NCBI GenBank assembly: GCA_010015585.1
Contig: ML975178.1
Source of the DNA: Eremomyces bilateralis CBS 781.70
Taxonomy: Eukaryota
Strand: one strand, 5' to 3'
DNA: 20,000 bases
Position 1 is the stretch's first letter. Each line of letters starts with the position of its first letter. The position numbers were made by a program, and so were the translations under genes. Shown here piece after piece: positions 10,930 to 20,000 of this stretch. The notes beneath the pieces are model-generated. The model worked only from the letters and a program-made list of their open reading frames with translations, did not search any database and was not told where the DNA came from.

Positions 10930-13900
10930 TTACGCCTTTCCAGCTACCCCCAACGCCTCAATCCCTACCCCGCCCCCTGCATCTCCACTCCTCTCCTCAC
11001 TCCCGCCACTAAATTCACCCTCCGCCTCAATCCCATCCGCCCCCCTATCCTCACTCCCCTTCCGACTTCCCCCACCCCCCGGACTTGGACTCTGCGCCTC
11101 CCCAGCCCTCGCCAATCCCGCCGCCAACCTTGCATCGAACTCCTCCATCAGCTCCTTCCCATGCCGATCAAGCAACGCGATCATCGTCCCCTCGTCCAGC
11201 ACCCGCGCCTTCGACCGCTCGCCCACCGCCCGCATCGTCAGGCTCAGCTCCTTCTCCAGCTCGCGCCCTGCGTCCGGCTTGAGGTTGTCCGACGTGTGGG
11301 CAAGCTTGCGCCGGTAGGCCCGGAGCGCGCGGCAGAGGTGCTCGGTGGCGGTAGCCATGCTGGAGGACGGGGTGACGGGGGGAGCGGATAGGGTCTCGGT
11401 GCTGCGGGCAGCGCGGGAGCGGACGTCTACGGAAGAACGGCGGGACTTGACCGCGTGGCGCGAGTTCGGACTCGGCGGAGACGGTGAGCGGGCCATGGCG
11501 GTTTTGCGGCGGGAGTCGTGGGTGGTCCGGGTGGTAGTGGGGGTGGGGTCGAGTTTCGGGGCTTGCGCGAGGGTGAAGCGCGACGTGCGTTTCTTCAAGC
11601 GCGGCGAGCGGTTGCCAACGGGGGTGGTGGATGGTTCGTCCGGGCGGCGTTGGAAGCGGGCCATTTCGCTGTGGGACAGCACGCGGCGGAGGGGCGGGTG
11701 GCTGGGGCCCTGTTCTTTCTCGGACTCGACGCCCATGAGGTCCATAGATTTGGAGATCTCGTGGCCGCCGGGGGCGCTGGGGCGGGGTTGGGTGTCCCAG
11801 AGAAAGATCGTCCCGTCGAATGCGGTGGTGACGAGCCGCCTTTCTTGCGGTTCGCCTTGGTCGGTACTGGTAGATATCAACGCCAGTCCGGATACGCCCT
11901 CCGTATGGCCCCAGTCTCGGGCGACTAAACTCCCTTTTTCAGTGTATACACGGACTGATTTATCCGTGCTAGATACACCAGCGATCATCGGTGTGCCGCT
12001 GGGGACGGTGAAGTGGACAATCGATGAGAGCACGACTGGGTCCCCCCCTTCCGAATCATTTGTCTTGAACGACGTTAAGGTATGTCCAGTTTTAAGATCA
12101 TACCGGTGTAGGTGCCGGTCGATCGTCGCTACGATCAGGACATTGTCCTCAGCTGAACTCAGCGTCATAGATGTAGGGGTTGCCTTCAATGTGACGGTCC
12201 TCGATATGAGGTATGCATTCAAGGCCTTGCCATCTTCAACATATGATGCCGACTCCCTGATAACCATAGTGCGGTCGGATGACGCAGAAATAAGGCGAGT
12301 GCCGTCTTTCGAGAAATCAATTCCGGTTACAGCGCCAACGTGCTCGTCGAGCGTTTGAACCAGTTCCCAGTTGTCCCCGTTTAGTTTGAAGATTTGGATC
12401 GTCCGGTCCCGACTCGCGGTTGCGAGGAAGACCTCGTCACCATCCTGAACTGCGATGTCGGTAATTTCGCTCACGTGTGCTTTGAACGTGAAGACTTCCT
12501 TTCCAGAAAAGTCAAGTATTCTGGAACTGTCAGTGCCAACTCGTTGCGCATATATGCCAGCCTTACCGAAGCATTCCCACTTTATCACCAGTTGCTAGTA
12601 ATCTTTGGGATGGGACCCCCCGGACTACGCACAACTCGTTCACAACCTGATCATCGCGCGTCGTCTGCGGTAGTTCCACCTGGACCTGCCATGCACTAGC
12701 ACCATCTTCAAGCCATGCGATTGTCGTTCCATTTCCGGACCAGGTGAAGAACTGCGGTTCTCCTTGACTAGTCTTAGTGAAGGACATGATCCCGAGAATC
12801 GGTCCGGCATGCCCTGGCAGTCTCCTGGACTGATGGGCTGCACTGGGCCGCGGTGCGTTTTCATGGATCTGAATCGCTCGCTGCGAATCGACAACAACTG
12901 TTTTGCTGACAAGTGGTCCCAACGCCACCGCATCCGAATTCGCTTCAATCGTAAGATTAGAATTGGTGATGGTGACAGTCTCGCTACTCATCAGGTCGTC
13001 GACTTTGATGCTCTTCCTCATCCTACCCTTCCCAGCGATCTGAAGGAGTCCATCCGAGTCCACCGCCATGGCTTTAATGGAAAAACCAACTTCCACAACG
13101 CGAGCAAACTGTTGCTGCCCGCTCGAGTCATCCATTAAGCAAATATCGCCTTTGCCGGTGCCGAGAACCGCCTTGGACGTCCCAATTGGCACGATGGTCG
13201 TGAAATTACTGTCTAGGAGCGGACCAAGCAAGCAATTTCTTCCAATTAATGTTTTCTGATTTGGACTAGCCACGCCTTGGCTGTCTCCTGCTCGGAATTT
13301 TAACGATTGCTGGACGGTGTCTTCAACCCTCCACACTTTTATGTGTCTCGTCCCGGCTGTCACTAAGGAGTTGCCGATCCAGGCAATGCCATTGATATTG
13401 CTGGTGCATCGGTTACTCGCGATGAGATTCGTCGCGCCGTTCCTGCCGATACCCCAAATATAAAGAAAGCCATCATTCGTGAAACCCAGGGTCGCGAGGT
13501 ATTGGGAGTCGGGACTGAATGCGACGCTTCGTACGCCGAATGAGTGGTCGGGTAGAGAACTAACGGGGGTGTCTGAGGGAGCATCATCGGCGATTGAGAA
13601 TACGAGGACTCGCGGTCTATAGCCAGCCTAACGCATGTGAGGATATGAATCAAGTAGGGTAACATTAACACATACCTCTCCAACCGCAAGATATCGCCCG
13701 TCTGGACTGAACGAAATGCATGTGGCGGTCTTGACCCTTTCACGGGCCGTCCAGGATTTCCCCGCGCTGGGTGAGTCCGTGGCATCTGACAAAGGAGAAA
13801 AGAAAGGGGATGATTCGCGATAGGTCGTTCTCGCTCTAGCGTCGCTTGCCACTGGCGTTGAAGGGCCATATACCGATGAAATCGGGTTCAGTGGAACGGC

Positions 13901-14194
13901 AGTAGGTCTCGCACGGAAGAACCGCTGCTTAATTTGGCCATCGTATTCCACGCTGGCAACCACCGCCGCCGCTCCAGCCGTGAACGCGAAGGTTTGCGAT
14001 GAAGGGAGGGAGTCTAGCGCATTCGGGGAGTTGGCAGTCGTCCCGATGACCTGCTTGAGGGAAAGGCAGATATCATTCCGGCTTGGTTTCGTCGGAGACC
14101 GAACCGGTGTGTGTCTCGCGAACGGAGAATTGGATGGCGTCAACCGCAACCCGAGGGGCGGATTCATGCGCGGAGCAGTGGAAGGCGTAGACAT
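10930..14194 (-). CDS. WD40-repeat protein, MAPKBP1/WDR62-like, about 1056 aa; exons complement(14194-13676, 13627-12567, 12520-10930)
   Basis: ATG in CCGCCATG context. Introns GTATGT..TTAG (13675-13628) and GTAAGG..CTGAC..CCAG (12566-12521) fuse three ORF-track segments in frame. Many WD repeats (SFSPDGRYLAVGE, VAFSPDSQYLATLG, LATASRDRTIQIF, HVGAVTGIDFS..LISASSDRT, WGHTEGVS, TTAFDGTIFLWD), a Ser/Pro-rich linker and a C-terminal helical segment (TEHLCRALRAYRRKL). Confidence 0.88.
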
Positions 14195-14822
14195 GGCGGA
14201 CGACTGACTTTGCGCATCCACAAGGTGATGGCGCGGATCTTAAAGGGATGATTAACTTCTAGAGGCTCATCTCAGTCCCCGCGGGTATGAAATATCCCGC
14301 CGAAAGCGCCGTTAGCCGGGTGATGGAGGTATGCACCTTCGGCGGAGGGAGTTGTTTGGGGTCGCAAAAGGTGGTAGAGAGAGTCGCACGGAGCTCGGCA
14401 TTTGGAGATGGTGAGTCAATGCATTTCCCACGATCGCCTCTGGATCCGGACAATGTACCCCGATATATTTCCAGCTTTCAGTGTCGTTGTAAACCGTGAA
14501 TTGGAGAGCGTGTTAGGGTGACAGTGAAATGCAACTGAAGGGAATAGTACTTGCAGCTTGTCGCTTACAGGGATTCACGTATCGCGTCGATGATTCAGGG
14601 GTTGAGGCGTTGGCCGGGGAAAGGGCGAACCACCCCCTGCCACGCGTCCCGAATAGGGAAGGAGCTTGGGCCCGCCCCTTCTGCTTTCACTGTTTTCCAC
14701 AAAGCTGGGCGACAGGGATTATTATGTTGATCAGGGAATATCGATGCCTCATATCAGATCCTGGTCCGATCCAATCGCCAGGCAACAAAGCTTCAATATC
14801 ATCGTGAATCTCGATGACCGTA

Positions 14823-15108
14823 CGGAGGTCCATTTCAAAAGCTATTGCTCGCCAAGAAAGGGGCTTGATTATATAAGCCGTTCGAAAGCCGATAGAACGG
14901 GCAGTAGAGTGCCTAGCCAACGGGCGGTACTACGCGCGGTAAATCGAATGCCCGGCGCCCTTGCCTCGAATTAGGCTCTATCAGACCTAAATTAAACGCC
15001 CAGTTGATAGGCAGTCTAGTGCCCGTGGGCGGTGGCATAGGCTCTCGAAACTGCTTATATAATCACGCCACTTCCTTGGCGAGCAATAACTTTTGAAATG
15101 GACCTCCG
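14823..15108. mobile_element. MITE-like foldback element with about 68-bp imperfect TIRs and TA flanks (Tc1/mariner-like)
   Basis: 14823-14890 (CGGAGGTCCATTTCAAAAGCTATTGCTCGCCAAG...) is the reverse complement of 15040-15108, with the first 19 bp perfect and about 7 differences overall. An inner IR pairs 14897-14926 with 14997-15026. TA lies at 14821-14822 and 15109-15110. No credible coding capacity. Confidence 0.8.
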
Positions 15109-15794
15109 TACGGAGTAATCAATCAACAATTCGGTTCACTCATTCCATGGTCTATGGATTATAAATAGACTCTCTTTTGTTTTTTATTGTCCTTTAATAT
15201 TAATCTAGGGAGATCAATTCTCATCACAATATCATTTCCTATCTGTAATGCGTATAACCTATCCAGCTCCACTATTTAACCACGAAAAGCGTTCGTAGTC
15301 GGCACATCCGGCAGCGGACAGGAGGGGTGTCTGGAGATACAGCAGGGCGCATACCGGGGTTTATGTAATCGTCTATTGACTGTTAGTATCCCGTTACGGC
15401 TGCAAACGGTAAAAATTAGCACTTGGCTACTTAACGGATGCTTACCATGTAAACGTCAGACCATATAAGCGCTTGACTAGGTTAGGCGTTTGGTTATTTT
15501 ACGGTATGTGTAAATACCGGTTGTTCAACGGTTTGTGAACGGTTTGTTAAGGAATAGTGGGCCCTAGTGGCTGCCAATAGGATCTCCTCAATTTTAATGC
15601 CTGACAGCCTGAGGCGCTCAAAATACACATGATTTTCAGCGTCACGTGCCTCATTGCCGATGTTCTCCCAGCCTTGGTCTAACATGCCTTGCCTGGTGCT
15701 ACCCCCATGCACTCCTCCCATACCAACACGATGCTCCACCAGCCACACCACGAGTTCCATGCCACTAGTTACAGTGGCCAGCAAGCCCCCATTG

Positions 15795-18700
15795 TTACAT
15801 AAACTGGATCCTCGAGTCGACATACATCACGGTGCGAGAGGCGTTGTCGAACGTAAGCTGAGCATTGTTCTCTGTAATCGGGACAACGTATAACTGGCGT
15901 CCGGTGATCGAGGGGAGGCCGACGAGGGTCTGCTCTTCGCTGAGCTCGAAGAGGGGATAATTAAGGACGCGATCTTGACGTAACGGTTCGAATGGAACGG
16001 CGGGAGTAATGAGGAAGAATATGCGGCAGTTATCTAGGGATATTAGCAGTAAACTCGGGCCAAGAGGGAGGCTGCTTACCTTTCAGGGCCTCATGGATAA
16101 AGATCTGGTCGATACGACCAAGCATACCACTGTCATACTCTACGTAATGGCCACGGCTTAGAGTGATACGCTGCTCAGATCTCCTATAAGCAGAAGGTCA
16201 GCCTGTCTTACCCATTAAATGCCACTGCATAGTACTTACATCTCCCCCTCCCGGCGCGGCTCCCTCCAGACAAACGATACCTTCTTCCACCAACGAAGTC
16301 GACGGGTGCCAGGATGGTTGACAGGCATCTTGTAGTCGGCACTATACGACCGGAAAATTTTGGCGCGAAACCCGGCGGAGAACTTAGAGACAGACACTGG
16401 GAGCTGGAGTGTCTGCTCTACGTACTTGTTAGGAATCCGACCAAGCACAGACGGTTGACGATGCGTATCGTCCTCCCTGGTAGCCAGGGAGATATCATGG
16501 TCTGCGTCCAACTCCCCAGCTCCGGTAGCTCCAGGGACCACTTGGAGCTGAGCGATCGTAGCGTGAGGCATCAGGGAGGTAAACAACTGGGGACAACGTA
16601 CACGGAGGTTTTGGAACTGGGCACTAAGGGCGGGATGCGTGACCTGGAAACTCCCATGGAGTAAGAAGCGGAGCGTCATGGTAAAGCTCTCAATTTCAAG
16701 GAGATCCTTCTCAGGGTGCTTCTTATTCGTCCTAAGGATGTTCTTCTTATAGGATCGATGCTTCAGCTCACCACCAAGAGCATGGACGTTAGAGACGAGT
16801 GCATACTGGTCCTGTACCAGTGGGTAGTGAAGGGCAGCATGGACATTGGGGCGACTGATATTGTTCCTGTATCCCGCCGCCTTGTTTTTGGTCGACGCAG
16901 CCTCTTTCTTGGTGATGGCTACTGGAGTTGTAGAGGCAGTAATGGTAGACATAGGGGTCTGCGTTGGCTGCGTCGACGAACCTGGCTCAACGGATCCTGT
17001 ACGAGAACCAACACGAGAGAATGCCCTGGTCTGAATTGCCGCAGCACGAGAGGCCACTTCGCAGAGCCGTTGGAACATAGAGCGAGACGCCGTAATCTCC
17101 ATATGTAGGGATGCGCGCTCCGCGGTAGTCAGATAGGCGGCGGAGAGGAGAGTATTTACCTTTGCCACTGATGCAACAGCCTTGACCAGAATAGTAACGA
17201 TATGGTCATTGGTAGGGAGCTTGGGGTTTTCCACAGCGGCCAGCTCAAGGACCTCGGTGCTAAAGACAATATGTGCCTCCTGGAGAAAGGTCGGCTTGAT
17301 ATGCGAGGCACGCAGCCAAAGGCGGAAGAGAACGGGTATAATAACAGACCAGCGAGCGTGCTCTTGGAGCGTATAGGAGCCGATATAAAATAGCGGCGAC
17401 TGAATGCGGTTCCATCCTGGTGGAAATGGGAACGAGCGTACTTTCTGCGTATATCCAATAGCCGCTTGGGGGGTTAGTACTTGGTCAAGTATAGCCAAGT
17501 GTAACAGCTCCGTAATACCACCTGCTTCGGAGTGCGCCATATCACCAGGGCAATCAATATTAATAGGATTGCAAGGGGCCAGCTTCTTCAAGGCAGGGAA
17601 TTCGACACGCATGCCGTTGGCTCTGGCGAATGCCTCGTGGTGCGTCTTTTGCCAGACCGAATCCATATGCTGGCGTTGACGCATGACTTCGAAATGGTAC
17701 CGACCACTGTGGACGATATTAAAGTCCAGGTTGCCTCGTCGAGGAGCGTCGATGGTACAGAAACGGCAGTTGAAATTTGCGGTCGGCCCCAGGAACCCTC
17801 CATTTAGCTGTTGCTGCGGCATATCACCGATGAATGCAAGGAAGGGAATACATACGAAGTATGTCTTGCCGTTGATATCCATATCAACGCCCCTATCCAG
17901 TCTTTGCATCAACTCTAGGGCGTCGACGACGTCGTCAAAGTTGCTACCGTGAGGGCCCAAAGTCAGTGGAAATACATTGGCCGGAATATTCCGCTCGGCT
18001 TGGACAAGGCAGGCCAGGAGAAGATAGAAGCCCATAATAGTACGGTGCATGTTACGGAAGAGCCCGAAGCCATCGAGATACCCAAGGATAGGTACAGACA
18101 AGATATCCGTCCCCCTAGGCCTATTCCGCTTTGCGAAATTGCTGACGAAATATTCTCGCCCATAGACCTCAAGCTCAAGTTCGCCGCGGATCGGGTGGGT
18201 CTTAAAGATAGGCCGGATACCTGTATTCTGGTTATAGACCCGACGTACAATATGCTCGTTTGGAGAGAGGCTGTCTGTTGATCGATCGCTAGGGAGTTGT
18301 ACAGAGCTCCTGAAGGCATAGTCGAAATAGACAGTAATGTCTGTTAGGCGCTCAATCAATTCTTCGGGGACAACGTCGATAGTATCATCTAGCATAATGA
18401 ATTCGCGGGAGTGAGGAGGCGGGTCGAGAGTAAGATTTTGGTACGTTGGGCGAGAGAGGAACTGGTTTATTAGCTGAAACCGCTGGACCTTGAGGACAAT
18501 CGAACCCTCTGGGCTACTATGCTCGCGATATGTGCGGAAATCCCTTCCAAAAGCCACGATTTGGCCAAGATGCGGCTTTTGCGTCATCGTCTGACAGAGA
18601 CACTGTGTATCGTTGCATTTGAAACGGACGAGATCCGAAGGAAAAACTGGCTCGGTCGTATTTGGATAGTAGCCGTACTGACCAGAAGAGCAACGGATTG

Positions 18701-19735
18701 ACGACGCCCAGGCAATAGATTCCCAGAGCTCTTTAGGCGAGTCGACGAACCTAGCCATCCCAAAGAACATATTTGAGCGTAGCTCGGTGTTCAAGATTGT
18801 CCTAAAGAGCTCGAACGGGTTAAAGAAGTAGAGGTTCTCTGCATGCGTTCGTAAACCGGCCTCAGCCTCCCCACGGCGGCCACTCGGGAGCTTGTTAGCA
18901 CTGAGGGTAATCGGTTTAGAGCGGATTTCGAGGAGGGGCAGTTGTTCGTTCACTTGTTTCTTTATAGTATCAACCCTTTTAGGGAGCTTGCTGATCTCTT
19001 TATTGCTAGTAAGGTTCAGAACCTCAACGAGCGCCTTATACTGGGACCGAGGGACACCGTACTGCTGTACCCATGTGCCCATTGCAAGGGCGAAGTCAGT
19101 CATTGGCTGGGTGGCAATCCTGCGTGGCAGAGGTAGAGAGGTATCTGAAGGAATGAAATACTTGGAGTTGGCAGCGAAGGGGTGAGGAGCTTCTTGGGTA
19201 ACTTGACTTGTCTCCGTGTTAGCCACCGTCTGACTACTAATAGTAGCGGTCTCTTCATCGGATTCGATATCGTTAGCAACAGGCGTTAAATCCTCGATAT
19301 CCTCTGCCGGGAACTGGTATTCAGCAAGTTCACGACGGTCATCCAGGGTAGGCATCGTCTCATTAAGCTCGCTTGCTAGCATGGCCTGCGTACCCCCGAG
19401 TATGGCTTCGAAGCTATCAAACCCAAGGTCTTCTTCAGTGGCATCCTATAAGGAGTTTGTACTCTATTAACATAAAACAGGTAAAAGGTGATAGGACCTA
19501 CTTCGAATAACATTCCCATATCATCCTCGTCGCTATCATCAAGCATTGGACGCTTAGACGATGGCTCTATACTACCAATAGTATCTGATAGTTTAGTATC
19601 ATCGTCAACTTCCTCCACGAGTTGTCCTGCGAGCTGCTGAGCCTCTTGCTGCGCCCGCGTTATAGCCTCGTACTGAGCTTCTATGTGACGGCGAATGGCA
19701 GTGATTCGCCCGGATTGTCGGTATGATTTCACCAT
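15795..19735 (-). CDS. Large DDE transposase-like protein of the CMC (CACTA/EnSpm)-Plavaka type, about 1260 aa; exons complement(19735-19502, 19445-16240, 16183-16080, 16033-15795)
   Basis: A 1048-aa ORF is extended in frame by three canonical introns (GTAGGT..TATAG; GTAAGT..GCTGAC..TATAG; GTAAGC..GCTAAT..CTAG) to a stop at 15795. Motif order matches CMC-type RNase H-fold transposases: YLDGFG (D at 18072-18074), FIGDMPQ (D at 17823-17825), CRFC (17757-17768), DMAH (17532-17543) and GELKHR (E at 16767-16769). Confidence 0.75.
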
Positions 19736-20000
19736 AATGGCCGTAATCGATGAGAGGCTGGAATAGAGGAAAATCCGATGTATATAGTAAAGAGTAGAGG
19801 TATTAAGCGACCATTAGATCTGATGGGGTGAGGTGATTGACGTTGAATTTCGATATTGTACGGTGCCTAGGTAAGAACGGAAAGTGTGAGTGGCGATGGA
19901 AGGTGCGATACGCACAAACGCGTGGACTTCGCGAAATTTACACAATAGAGATTCGATTCTATTCTATAGCGATTCTAGTACCATATGTAGCATAATACAG

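Noticed and set aside
11345..12358. 337-aa plus-strand ORF
   Set aside because: Antisense shadow of WD40 exon 3; no recognisable motifs and no ATG at the called start.
15494..15823. 109-aa minus-strand ORF overlapping the transposase stop
   Set aside because: Different frame from the spliced last exon and not protein-like; probably 3' UTR.
16314..19185. Short ORFs, mostly plus-strand, inside the transposase
   Set aside because: Shadow ORFs with no independent coding signal.
15120..20000. Starship element boundary
   Set aside because: No DUF3435 tyrosine-recombinase captain or typical auxiliary genes are visible; it cannot be supported from this window.
1..20000. tRNA, rRNA, CRISPR array or bacterial operon
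   Set aside because: No such structures recognised; the spliceosomal introns show the sequence is eukaryotic.

Overview
Eukaryotic, filamentous-ascomycete-like genomic DNA with short GT-AG introns, several with CTRAC/CTAAY-type branch points. I reconstructed four intact genes by hand, all on the minus strand: (1) a 4-exon Pth11-like/fungal rhodopsin-domain membrane protein (about 420 aa); (2) an intronless APP1-type phosphatidate phosphatase with a long ATG-free, in-frame upstream extension that may be CUG-initiated; (3) a 3-exon WD40 protein of the MAPKBP1/WDR62-like type (about 1056 aa); (4) a large, intact, 4-exon CMC/CACTA-Plavaka-like DDE transposase (about 1260 aa) with BAH-like and Cys/His inserts. 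Intergenic DNA holds a TA-flanked 286-bp MITE-like foldback, a separate 134-bp hairpin, a probable degenerate LINE RT relic, a possible Gypsy relic, RIP-like TpA-rich patches and recurring TACGGAGTA motifs. Family assignments come from motif recognition by eye; no database searches were run.
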